NCBI GenBank assembly: GCA_021817415.1
Contig: JAKAUZ010000030.1
Location: forward strand, 5,224 to 69,223
Reading direction: 5' to 3'
Length of the DNA: 64,000 bases
Source of the DNA: Thermoplasmata archaeon
GTDB taxonomy: Archaea > Thermoplasmatota > Thermoplasmata > Thermoplasmatales > GCA-001856825
Under the pieces are notes generated by a model. The model saw nothing but the letters and a program-made list of their open reading frames with translations, ran no database searches and was not told the DNA's origin. Numbering within the stretch: position 1 is the first letter of the stretch; each line of letters begins with the position of its first letter. Below, piece by piece: positions 39,406 to 49,040 of the stretch. A program made the position numbers and the translations under genes.

Positions 39406-41064
39406 GTGACGAAATCCCTGGAAGAACAGCCGGGGCTCTATAATTTTCACGTTATCATTACTAAGGACCTTGAGGAGGATTTCAGGAAACTGAACAATGA
39501 AATGAAGTCAATGGGATATATACCAATAATCTCGAAGAGAAGAGATCAAGGTTCTGAAATAATCCTCTCTGTCATAAAAAGGAGAAAGCAGAAGAGGTTT
39601 GGAATCTGGGTGAACATAGTACTCCTAGTAGCTACGCTAGCCTCAACCATTTACGTGGGGGAAGGGCTTTATGTGAGCTATTTCAATATAGGTGCAAATG
39701 GACCGCTCCAGTATTTCTATGGCTTCCTATACTTCTCCCTTCCTTTGCTAATCATTTTGGGAACGCATGAACTGGGACATTATTATGTTGCGAAGAAAAA
39801 CGGCGTTGCTGCTTCCCTTCCTTTTTTCATACCCGCTCCGATAACAATTCTTGGGACTCTTGGGGCCTTCATTTCGCTTCGGGACCCCATCCCTGACAGG
39901 AAGACGCTGATTAGAATTGGAGCTGCAGGCCCACTTGTAGGATTTGTGATGAGCATAATTGTAGGTTTCATAGGGGCATATCTGGGTATTATTCAGAAAC
40001 CTGTAGTCGTTACAAGCCAACAAATCACGTATTCGATCAACCTTCCATTTATATACTCAATCGTCCCATGGTTGGTACCGAAGAATGTTCACCCGGTTGC
40101 CTTTGCCGCCTGGGTTGGATTCCTGGTGACCGCAATAAATCTGTTCCCCATCGGCCAGCTTGATGGTGGCCATGTTGCACGAGGACTCCTCGGTGAAAAT
40201 GCAAAATATCTGAGTTATTCCTTTATCGCAATATTAATTTTCTTAGGCATATACTATCCAAGCTGGATAATTTTCGCTATCCTGGTTGTAATTCTTGGAA
40301 TAAGTCATCCTCCTCCTCTTAACGACATTTCCAAACCGAAAATGAAGGAAATAACGGTGGGGGTGATCGCAATTCTTCTGGTAGTCATTTCATTTTCAAC
40401 TGTCCCTATCAGCCCTGCTGTGCAGCACATTGTTCCTGAGACAGCTACAGCATCGTTAAGCGATGGGAACAATTTCCTCATGGCCAATTATGCTCCGTTC
40501 AGCAGTGAGAATTACACGTTGAAGGTGGATAATCCTAACAATGCATCAATATCACTTCAGGTTCAGCTGAACAACATTCCTGGATTCATTGAGAGTGGTT
40601 CTATCAATGAATCTTTGGCCCCCCACCAGTCGAGATACGTGGAGATTGCGTACCAACTGGCCAATGATTCACAAAGGGGCATTTTCCGTGCTTACATTAA
40701 CGTCACGACCTCAGTGAAATCATTCGCGTACACAAGGACCTTCACAGTTGCAGGAGTGGATCCAAATGTTACGGCGAATCTGGAAAATCCGCTTTTTTCA
40801 AAATCACCAACCATGAACATTAGCCTATACAATGCTGGGCTGGGAGACAATTTTACTGTTTACGGGTTTAATTCCAGTTCGGTATTCACCATTGGTCCAA
40901 CCTTGTTGAACTATTCATTCACCAATTCGATCACTGTAATTGCCCTCAGCGGATATTCATCTAGAAACATTGAGATCTCTTTTACTTATCCACAGACTTA
41001 CGGAGGAGCAGTTCTAATGGATTCTCAATACAACGCGGTTTTCATACTTTACGGTCCGCCATAG
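39406..41064 (+). CDS. site-2 protease (M50) with long C-terminal extracellular extension
   Basis: HELGH, AAGP, NLFPIGQLDGGH. Confidence 0.9.
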   Translation: MTKSLEEQPGLYNFHVIITKDLEEDFRKLNNEMKSMGYIPIISKRRDQGSEIILSVIKRRKQKRFGIWVNIVLLVATLASTIYVGEGLYVSYFNIGANGPLQYFYGFLYFSLPLLIILGTHELGHYYVAKKNGVAASLPFFIPAPITILGTLGAFISLRDPIPDRKTLIRIGAAGPLVGFVMSIIVGFIGAYLGIIQKPVVVTSQQITYSINLPFIYSIVPWLVPKNVHPVAFAAWVGFLVTAINLFPIGQLDGGHVARGLLGENAKYLSYSFIAILIFLGIYYPSWIIFAILVVILGISHPPPLNDISKPKMKEITVGVIAILLVVISFSTVPISPAVQHIVPETATASLSDGNNFLMANYAPFSSENYTLKVDNPNNASISLQVQLNNIPGFIESGSINESLAPHQSRYVEIAYQLANDSQRGIFRAYINVTTSVKSFAYTRTFTVAGVDPNVTANLENPLFSKSPTMNISLYNAGLGDNFTVYGFNSSSVFTIGPTLLNYSFTNSITVIALSGYSSRNIEISFTYPQTYGGAVLMDSQYNAVFILYGPP

Positions 41065-41128
41065 TGACGGAGAATGAGTGAAGCCAATGACAAAAAATTA
41101 TTTAAGTAATCGAAATGCTTCAGCCATT

Positions 41129-42565
41129 ATGCAAGATTACGATGTGTTGGTTGCTGGCGCTGGTATTGCGGGCTCAACTGCTGCGGCAATGGCTGGCAAA
41201 ATGGGGAGCAGGGTACTTCTTTTGGATAGGAACAAGGAAACGGAGCCGGGAAAAAAGACGCTGTGGGGATGGGTATGCGGTGATGCCGTGGCTAAGTCAC
41301 ACATCGAGTTCGTCAGAAAGAATCTGGGAAACATATTCACGGGGGATGATCTCGGACTTCCGGTGGATGGGGTCATGGCCCTGTCACCTGATCTTCAATA
41401 TAAGCTCCCTTTTGACGGCGAGGGGTACAGTCTGGAGAGACCGATATTTGGGGCCACGCTCTTCAATGCTGCGATCAAGAATAACGTAGAGTTCAGGGGA
41501 GGTTTCAGCATTGAGGCACCTATTGTGGAAGAGGGGTTTGTAAAAGGAGTTGTGGGAAAGAATTCTAAGGGGGAGGAGGAAAAGATAAGAGCGAAGGTCG
41601 TTGTGGATGCGCTTGGAATATCCTCACTGCTGAGAAGAAAGCTTCCAGAGAATCCGTACATTGACAGGGAGATTGATTACGAGGACCTTGAACTGACTGG
41701 AAGATTCATCTATAAAATTGAAGATTACGAGAATGACCTGAAATATTATGATCCAAAATATGCCCTAATACACCTAAACCAGAACATGGCTCCAGGTGGA
41801 TATGGGTGGGTTTTCCCGAAGAAAGACGGGAGGGTGAATGTTGGACTGGGAGTACAGCACAAGAGTCTTGAATTGAGAAATGCTAAATTTGGAGAGAAGG
41901 ATAACCTGAAATCTCTGATTGACAAATACGTGAAATGGAACAGGACTTTCAAGAAATACAGCCTGGATGATTCCTTCAGGAACGGGGAGGGCTACTGGAG
42001 CGTCAGTGTAAGGAGGCAGATGGAAGGAATGGTATTCCCGGGTTATATAGGAGCTGGAGATTCCATGGCTTCTCCGAATCCGCTGAGTGCTGGAGGAATA
42101 GGGCCAGCCCTCATAGGGGGCATACTCGCTGGAAAGAAAGCTGCTGAATGCAGGGATTATTCAAAATGCGGGTTAGATGAGCTGTGGAGCTACAATGTAG
42201 ATTACAACAAACAGTACGGAAGCAAAATGGCTGGGATGGAAGTGTTCAGGACGTTCCTCCAGTCTATGACAAACGAGGACATAGACTACGGGATGAAAAA
42301 TTTCATAACGTACGAGGAAGCTGTGGAAATTACTTATGGAAGGATTCCGGAACTTTCACTTACGAGCAAGATTGGCAAGGTAATGAAGGGAATGAAGAAC
42401 GTCAAGACTTTCAAGAGCCTGGTATGGACAGTGGACACGATGAAGCAGTTGAACAGGATTTATGATGGATACCCTACCACCCCTGGAGAATTTCCACAAT
42501 TCAAGGCAAAAATTCAATCGATCGTGAATGATGCGAAGGAGAGACTTCCTCCCAATCCAGTTTGA
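41129..42565 (+). CDS. geranylgeranyl reductase family protein (DGGGPL reductase-like)
   Basis: GAGIAG, CGDA, APGGYGWVFPK, GDS, NPLSAGGI; likely start ATG 41129. Confidence 0.88.
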   Translation: MQDYDVLVAGAGIAGSTAAAMAGKMGSRVLLLDRNKETEPGKKTLWGWVCGDAVAKSHIEFVRKNLGNIFTGDDLGLPVDGVMALSPDLQYKLPFDGEGYSLERPIFGATLFNAAIKNNVEFRGGFSIEAPIVEEGFVKGVVGKNSKGEEEKIRAKVVVDALGISSLLRRKLPENPYIDREIDYEDLELTGRFIYKIEDYENDLKYYDPKYALIHLNQNMAPGGYGWVFPKKDGRVNVGLGVQHKSLELRNAKFGEKDNLKSLIDKYVKWNRTFKKYSLDDSFRNGEGYWSVSVRRQMEGMVFPGYIGAGDSMASPNPLSAGGIGPALIGGILAGKKAAECRDYSKCGLDELWSYNVDYNKQYGSKMAGMEVFRTFLQSMTNEDIDYGMKNFITYEEAVEITYGRIPELSLTSKIGKVMKGMKNVKTFKSLVWTVDTMKQLNRIYDGYPTTPGEFPQFKAKIQSIVNDAKERLPPNPV

Positions 42566-42708
42566 AGATTGATACGTTTTCAATTTAACTGGTCTTTACA
42601 TTTCGATAGAGAGTTGTCTCCGGTCATTATAGGGTTTCCAAATGGCTGTGTTATACCGTAATTATACAATTCATTTCGCTGCAACCTCTCCGGGGGGAAT
42701 CATATTTT

Positions 42709-42894
42709 TCAGCATTTGAAGCCAATGACAATCTCCCCTTTCTTGTTCAGCTTGATTCCTGTCTCCCCTTCATAGCCGCAATCACTGCACTTTACCTCAA
42801 ATGAGAAAAGGCATTCCATACTTATTTCTGGAATCGATTGCAATTTCAGATGTACTGATCCGCAATTTGGGCATTTGAGCCGCTCTGTTCTCAT
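42709..42894 (-). CDS. small zinc-ribbon protein
   Basis: KCPNCGS...KCSDCGY. Confidence 0.6.
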   Translation of the reverse strand: MRTERLKCPNCGSVHLKLQSIPEISMECLFSFEVKCSDCGYEGETGIKLNKKGEIVIGFKC

Positions 42895-42912
42895 GATAAA
42901 AAAGGAAAAAAA

Positions 42913-43494
42913 TTATGGGGCGTGTGCGAACCCCGATAGATGCTCTCCAACGGCGGGGATACCGATCACGAATGCCACTATTCCAGTCAGCACAAGCACT
43001 ATTGCCGTCAGGACTGCGATCCACTTGTTCTTCGTCAGCACTAGAGGAAGAACCAGAATTCCAGAAACTCCAGCACCCAAGTAGAGCAGGAACATCGCAA
43101 TAGGAGATTGGGTCATCTTGAGAAGGTACCCCTCATAGCCTGAAACGATTGAATATATTCCGGCGAAGAATCCGAAAAATCCTGCAAATGACAGGGAACC
43201 TTTCTTTATGATTATGGCGCCCGCTAAGAGCGTTGCCAGTCCGAATAATGCAAGTGGGTCACCGAATAGAATGCTGTAGGAACCACCTTCAGGTTCCGGC
43301 CAAAGCATGCTATAGAACAGACCATAGATCAAAGCGTAAAAACCCGTCCCGAGAAGGAAATAGGAAAACGATTGATTTACCTCTTCCTTGTCTTTTCCCA
43401 GGAAGTACCTGTATACCGCGAAGGCTGCCAATCCAAAGAACATTGTTCCGATCATCGCAAGATTCGCAGCCAGCGGATCAGAGAATACTGTCAT
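42913..43494 (-). CDS. DUF981-like membrane protein
   Basis: F.DPL start, WP..GSY.ILFGDP motif, about 6 TM. Confidence 0.75.
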   Translation of the reverse strand: MTVFSDPLAANLAMIGTMFFGLAAFAVYRYFLGKDKEEVNQSFSYFLLGTGFYALIYGLFYSMLWPEPEGGSYSILFGDPLALFGLATLLAGAIIIKKGSLSFAGFFGFFAGIYSIVSGYEGYLLKMTQSPIAMFLLYLGAGVSGILVLPLVLTKNKWIAVLTAIVLVLTGIVAFVIGIPAVGEHLSGFAHAP

Positions 43495-43609
43495 TTAAGT
43501 CACCGTACCAATATTGCGCGATGCTATATTACTCGGCGCGTGCAAATTTGTGTATTCTTGCTCTTTGCTTAAGGTCAATTAAATATATTTAATACAAATT
43601 TAGTCTCGT

Positions 43610-44203
43610 ATGGCAAGGATGAATATTTCGATCACTAACGAGATGGTACAGAGAATCCAAAACCTATCAAAAGAAGATAACAAAACCGTCAGTTCAATAG
43701 TGACCGAATCTATTGGTATTTACGAGTATCTTAAAGAGAATCATTTGAACTGGAAAGACCTCGAAAGATTGTCCGATTATTTGAGACTGACTAAGGCAAT
43801 GAATGCCATTCCGGTACCCTCCATACTTCTTGACTTTACAATTGGCAAGTGCGTAGCGTGTTCGAAGGAAGAAACTCTGAATTCGTGGATGGATAGAGGA
43901 AAACAGCTGGGGGAGTTCATTAAAAGCATGGCAGGTACGGTAGAAGACCTCCAGGAAATAATTAAGAAATATTCCAAGTTTCTTCCGCTGGACGGGGTGG
44001 ATATGAGGATTGAAGATGGAAAAATTACATTCATTGTAAATGGGGCTGGGTACAGCAAGGAATCTGCAATGGTGACTTCAGCTGGAATTCAGGGTTTTCT
44101 GGAAGTGTATGGGTACAAAGACTTCCATGCTGAAATAATTGAGGGGTTTGTGAAGGTAACGGCATCATCAACCACTGCTTCAGGAACTGCAGTGAAAGAG
44201 TGA
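43610..44203 (+). CDS. ribbon-helix-helix (CopG-like) regulator with C-terminal putative ligand-binding domain
   Basis: N-terminal RMNISIT......LS....KTVSSIV.E pattern. Confidence 0.65.
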   Translation: MARMNISITNEMVQRIQNLSKEDNKTVSSIVTESIGIYEYLKENHLNWKDLERLSDYLRLTKAMNAIPVPSILLDFTIGKCVACSKEETLNSWMDRGKQLGEFIKSMAGTVEDLQEIIKKYSKFLPLDGVDMRIEDGKITFIVNGAGYSKESAMVTSAGIQGFLEVYGYKDFHAEIIEGFVKVTASSTTASGTAVKE

Positions 44204-44295
44204 TTGACTCTGTTTTGAATGCTCCGTTTTTATTGTATTTTGAAAATGAATCATTTGCTGCGTTAAAATCATTATTATACCCTTTTGAATACTGA

Positions 44296-45498
44296 ATGGT
44301 GGTAGAGAACCATGATAAATTGCCTTTGAATTTCAAGTACATGGTTTCAAATGCTGGTTTATCCAGATTCGGTTTCTCTACTTTCAATATCGCTATACTC
44401 TGGGTAATAATGGCGGAAACTCGTCTGCCAATAATGGCAGGGCTAGGGGACGGGATCCTGTCGGCCCCATTATTCTTCAGTTTTATAGTAGGGGCAATCG
44501 TAGATAAATCTTCCAGGAAAAGGAGAATAGCATTGCTTTCTGGAACTCTGAGGGCAGTTGCAATATCGTCCATATATGCAGCCCTTCTTGTTCACAACAT
44601 ACCATTAGCACTGATCGCCATATATGCCACAGGATTCTTCATCGGCTTCACTTCAGACATACTGAATTCAGTTCGAGCGGTCTGGTTCAAGGAATTTCTC
44701 ACTGAGAACAATTACAAGAAGGGGAATGCACTTGATCAATCTGTCCTTTCACTTGCTGAAGGTGCCGGATATGTGACAGGATCTATTTTCCTTGACTTGG
44801 GATTTCAGAACACTTTTCTCGCTGTCATATTCATCTTCCTGATTTCGATCATCCCTGTCCTGATGATTAGGGTAAGTGAAACTTCCGGTCCCGACCATAC
44901 GGATATCATAAACTCGACCAGGGAGGGACTCTCATTTATCAGGGGGAGCAGACCGATAACCCAGTTAATATATCTGATGCTGGCAACCAACCTAATATTT
45001 GGGATGCTCGGAGTGGTGTTTACCGCTTTGGTCCAGTTGCATTTCAAGTTACCTCCACATTATGCTGGTCTTATCTTTGCAATACTGGTATTTGGTATAT
45101 TCATTGGTTCTGCCTTATCGGTCAACATAAAGGGAAGAGTAGGGGACATTCTGTTCTCCTCCCTTTTGCTTCTGGGCCTGCTCGTAACATCGGTATATTT
45201 CCTGAATAACATTTATCTTACACTCTTTCCGGTATTCATTTCTGGCGCCATAGTTGGGGTACTCAACGTTGCGGTTTCAACTGCGATGTTGAAAATTGTT
45301 CCAGTTGACATGATGGCAAGGGTTCAAGGCTCATTCAACACATTTGGACTTGGGGCAACTGCATTTGCGGGAATGATAGGAGGATCAATAGTGCAGGTGA
45401 CCGGTCCACTTCACTCCTTCCTTTACCTTGGAGCTGGAGTGATCTGCATCTCGTTTCTTACACTCATATTCAGGGAACTCGGATCACTTCAAATTTGA
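44296..45498 (+). CDS. MFS transporter
   Basis: 400 aa, about 12 TM, GAIVDK motif A, VPVDMMARVQG. Confidence 0.9.
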   Translation: MVVENHDKLPLNFKYMVSNAGLSRFGFSTFNIAILWVIMAETRLPIMAGLGDGILSAPLFFSFIVGAIVDKSSRKRRIALLSGTLRAVAISSIYAALLVHNIPLALIAIYATGFFIGFTSDILNSVRAVWFKEFLTENNYKKGNALDQSVLSLAEGAGYVTGSIFLDLGFQNTFLAVIFIFLISIIPVLMIRVSETSGPDHTDIINSTREGLSFIRGSRPITQLIYLMLATNLIFGMLGVVFTALVQLHFKLPPHYAGLIFAILVFGIFIGSALSVNIKGRVGDILFSSLLLLGLLVTSVYFLNNIYLTLFPVFISGAIVGVLNVAVSTAMLKIVPVDMMARVQGSFNTFGLGATAFAGMIGGSIVQVTGPLHSFLYLGAGVICISFLTLIFRELGSLQI

Positions 45499-45549
45499 AT
45501 GATGACTCGGAACGGCATAATTAATAAACATTGAAATGTTTGCTTTATC

Positions 45550-46131
45550 GTGATGCTTCGAAGTGAGATGCCGGTCCTTCTTATAATAGACATGCAAAAA
45601 GCATGGGATGATCCCAGATGGGGAAGAAGAAACAACATGGATGCGGAAATGAATGCAGCAAAGTTGCTGAAATTCTGGAGGGAGAATGGATTGGCAGTAG
45701 CCCACTGCAAGCACGATTCCATCAGTCCTGATTCCCCCCTGAGACCAGGGCAGGTCGGCAACGAGATAAAGGAAATAGTCGCACCTGTAGAGGGAGAAAT
45801 TGTTTTTCATAAGAAGGTCAACAGTTGTTTTATAGGAACAGAGCTGGAGAAGTGGCTCAGGGATAATGGGCATAACACGCTTGTTATCTGCGGTATAACT
45901 ACTCAACACTGTGTATCGACAACCGCGAGAATGGCGGGCAACCTTGGATTCAGTAACTATGTCGTATCAGATGCCACTGCCGCATTCGAAGTTAAAAATG
46001 GAAATGGGGATTACTTTGACCCTGAATTGGTCCATAAACTCTCACTTGCAACCATCGAGGGTGAATTTTCAGAGATAATCGACACTCACACCCTTCTCGA
46101 CAGATTGCGTTCTGAGGTATCAATTATTTAA
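45550..46131 (+). CDS. isochorismatase/cysteine hydrolase family protein
   Basis: LLIIDMQ, K..NSCF, GITTQHCVSTTAR. Confidence 0.92.
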   Translation: MMLRSEMPVLLIIDMQKAWDDPRWGRRNNMDAEMNAAKLLKFWRENGLAVAHCKHDSISPDSPLRPGQVGNEIKEIVAPVEGEIVFHKKVNSCFIGTELEKWLRDNGHNTLVICGITTQHCVSTTARMAGNLGFSNYVVSDATAAFEVKNGNGDYFDPELVHKLSLATIEGEFSEIIDTHTLLDRLRSEVSII

Positions 46132-46140
46132 CCCAGAGCT

Positions 46141-46230
46141 TCACTTCTTGTTGTGTTCTTTTGCGGCATGAGCGTCTCTCTGCTTTGCGCTCGGGAAAGT
46201 TTCACCGCAAATCTTACATTTACACGACAT
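46141..46230 (-). CDS. 29-aa single C2H2 zinc-finger micro-protein
   Basis: hand translation MSCKCKICGETFPSAKQRDAHAAKEHNKK = C-x2-C-x3-F-x8-H-x4-H. Confidence 0.7.
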   Translation of the reverse strand: MSCKCKICGETFPSAKQRDAHAAKEHNKK

Positions 46231-46766
46231 TCTCTATCAGGGTTTCATGTTAACCCCATATTTAGGATTGACTGCTTCTTCCTTTGATTGATCCCGTCTA
46301 TTATGCGTTAATGTTTTCCTCGAATCAAGAAGCAGACAATGAAACATGGACTATCTTCATTCATTGATATGGTTCAATCCTGTTTCGCATATGATGACAT
46401 ACACACTAAAGATTACTACAACAAAAGGGACTGTGAACTGAAAGCAGATTAATGGCCCTGATTGTAAATAGAGAAAAGGAAACTCGGCAAATGGTTTTGC
46501 AAGATATCAGGATGTCAGCCAAAGAGGATAACAGAATACATCTAGAAATATTCCATGAAAATTTAGCAAGAAATTATCTGATTACATTGAATTTCCATCC
46601 TCCAGACAGGAATTAGAAAGGGGTGGAAGGGCACTAAGACATTTAAGAATTTGAAAGAATTTTCAGTCAATTCATCGTGGAACTCTGATAATCCGCTGAT
46701 GGAAATTGGAACCACGGTAATTCCTGATTTGAGGTAGAGTAAGGGTGGTGCATGAAAATGTTTATA

Positions 46767-46851
46767 TGCGGGGGAGGGGATTTGAACCCCCGAATCCCTA
46801 CGGAGCGAGATCTTAAGTCTCGTACCTTTAACCTGGCTCGGCAACCCCCGC
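46767..46851 (-). tRNA. tRNA-Leu(TAA)
   Basis: GCGGGGG acceptor, CGAGA-CT-TAA-GA-TCTCG anticodon arm, long variable arm, GGTTCAAATCC. Confidence 0.96.
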
Positions 46852-47028
46852 TCGAACTTTATGTACAGGAGGTAAAAAAGGTTGTCTGAGACACACCTTT
46901 TTGTAGGTTTCTAAATAATTCCAATAATATAATCTACTATTTTCGCCTGGTCAGGTCCAGATTTTTATTTATTCGCCCCAAAGTCATTCAAACTTAAAAT
47001 ATGCTGAAATTATACTGGAGAGATCATC

Positions 47029-48261
47029 ATGGATTTCAGCTTCACAGAAGATGATGAGATGGTAAGGCAGACTGCCAGGGAATTTGTAAAGAAGTACATT
47101 CTTCCAAAGAGAGATAAAATTGCATATGGAAACAAGATTCCTGATGAAATAATAAAAGCAGCATCGGATGCAGGATTTCTAGGCTTCAACATTTCCGAGA
47201 AATATGGTGGGGCTGGAGGATCAATTCACCAGATGTCAATAATAGTGGAGGAGCTGGCCAGAGGGGATGTCTCGATGGCACTCCCTGTTTACGTTCTCCT
47301 TCTGAATGGATGGCCGCTCATGCTTGAAAAATATGGGTCTGAGGAGGCAAAGGAAGAGATACTTCCCTCGGTCCTCAAGGGCAGGACATTCTTTGGGATA
47401 GGCTCCACAGAACCTTCGGGGGGCTCTGACGTTATGTCGGAAAAAACCAATGCAACCTTTAGGAATGGAAAGTGGGTTGCATCTGGAGAAAAGGTATTTA
47501 TTAGTGGAGTAAGGGAGGCACTTGAACTCCCTGGTGGAGGAGGATTCCTGACCCTGATGAGAACGTCAGATCCTTCTCTTGGGTCAAAATCATTCACAAC
47601 ATTCGCCTTTATGCTCAAAGACGTAAGGGGGAACCTGAACAAGGAGATATCAACAACTGTTTTCAACAATATCGCCAGGGAGGGGCTCTCTACGGGTGGG
47701 TTTTCATTCAGCGACATAGAAATTGATGATAAATATAAGGTGGGGGATGCGGGAAAAGGATTCCAGATTATCATGGAAGGATTTAACGTTGCCAGGATTT
47801 ACGTGGCCGCCGCCTGCAACGGAGCAGCGTCCGAGGCAATTGATATGGGAATCGATCACATGAGAACGAGGAAACTGTTTGGACAGCCCCTTGGAAGACA
47901 GGAAGGTTTACAATTCGAGCTTTCTGAGCTATATGCAAAGCTTCAATCCTCCAGGCTTCTGACCCAGAAAGCCGCGTGGACCCTTGATAGGGTGTACAAG
48001 GACAAGGAGAAGTTACCGATGAGCGAGCAAAATCTGGCTGTCTCCATGGCAAAGATGACGGCGCCACCCACAGCACACGAAATAATCACGAAGGTAATGG
48101 TGTGGCACGGTGCAATGGCCTACACCAAAGATACTCCACTTGGAGCTGCCCAGGGAGGCGTTATGTCTTATTACATCGGGGCAGAAGGTGGAATAAACAT
48201 CATGAAATTGATAATAGCAAGGGAACTTTTGGGGAAGGAATTCTTAAGTTACAAATCGTAA
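47029..48261 (+). CDS. acyl-CoA dehydrogenase
   Basis: STEPSGGSD, GEKVFIS, R.LFGQP, HGAMAY. Confidence 0.92.
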   Translation: MDFSFTEDDEMVRQTAREFVKKYILPKRDKIAYGNKIPDEIIKAASDAGFLGFNISEKYGGAGGSIHQMSIIVEELARGDVSMALPVYVLLLNGWPLMLEKYGSEEAKEEILPSVLKGRTFFGIGSTEPSGGSDVMSEKTNATFRNGKWVASGEKVFISGVREALELPGGGGFLTLMRTSDPSLGSKSFTTFAFMLKDVRGNLNKEISTTVFNNIAREGLSTGGFSFSDIEIDDKYKVGDAGKGFQIIMEGFNVARIYVAAACNGAASEAIDMGIDHMRTRKLFGQPLGRQEGLQFELSELYAKLQSSRLLTQKAAWTLDRVYKDKEKLPMSEQNLAVSMAKMTAPPTAHEIITKVMVWHGAMAYTKDTPLGAAQGGVMSYYIGAEGGINIMKLIIARELLGKEFLSYKS

Positions 48262-48341
48262 CGCAGCTGCCCGCTGAATTGGAAAGGCAACGTTCAGTCA
48301 TTTTCAGTTAAATTTTTATCGCCTTCAAATATTAGCTGTGA

Positions 48342-48414
48342 AGCCCCGTGGTGTAGTGGACAAGCATACCGGACTTTGAATCCGATGACGGCAGTTCGAA
48401 TCTGCCCGGGGCTA
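48342..48414 (+). tRNA. tRNA-Gln(TTG)
   Basis: AGCCCCG acceptor, CGGA-CT-TTG-AA-TCCG anticodon arm, GGCAGTTCGAATCTGCC T-arm. Confidence 0.95.
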
Positions 48415-48538
48415 TTGTGACTTTTCGGACCCGTATTTTCCATGCTTACGAAGCACGATACGATGAATCCAAATTAGATTCAATTAATAGATTAAACGAA
48501 ACCGTCCCATTCAATTCTTCACATTTACCATTTTTCAA

Positions 48539-48750
48539 ACGAAGATTGTATTTCAGCATTGTGACGTAGTTGGGAAGGTATATGCCCATTTCTCATTCCT
48601 GAGAACAGTCTATGTGCTTTGATTTCTCATACATCCCGTATTTCCTATCCCTATAGACTTCAAGATCGTATTCGGTCACCCTTATCTGAATGTGGTGGAG
48701 GGATGTCGGGTATTATCTTCTTCTCGATTGACAGGTGAATAATCTCATCA
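48539..48750 (-). mobile_element. degenerate IS66-family-like transposase fragment
   Basis: KIIPDIPPP / (frameshift) QIRVTEYDLEVY...KHIDCSQE*EMGIYLPNYVTMLKYNLR resembles the IS66 zinc-finger-adjacent region. Confidence 0.5.
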
Positions 48751-48751
48751 T

Positions 48752-49040
48752 GCTTGTCCACATTTCTAACAGCATCAAACATTCTTTTCAGTCCTTACAT
48801 CCAATCATTCACACCTTTGCCGGAAAATGATGCAATATCGTTGATGTCTTGGCCAGTTGATAAATTCTCTCCCGTTCCACTTAAAATTATGACCTTTACG
48901 GAATCATTTTGACTAAGATTCTCAAACGCTTAGATCAATTCGCTTTTAAGTGACTTATCCAGCGCGTTGAACTTCTTAACCCTGTTCAAAATGACTTCCG
49001 AAATCTCATCTTCCTTCACAACAATCTCTTCGTAATTCAC
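48752..49040 (-). pseudogene. enoyl-CoA hydratase/isomerase pseudogene (N-terminal part)
   Basis: EVILNRVKKFNALD...ELI*AF...VKVIILSGTGENLSTGQDI...WM*G...NVDK; two in-frame stops, then truncation. Confidence 0.8.

Noticed and set aside
46300-46740. Short ORFs downstream of tRNA-Leu(TAA)
   Set aside because: No recognisable similarity or clear translation signals
46563-46844. 93-aa ORF on the minus strand
   Set aside because: Starts inside the tRNA-Leu gene on the same strand; shadow ORF
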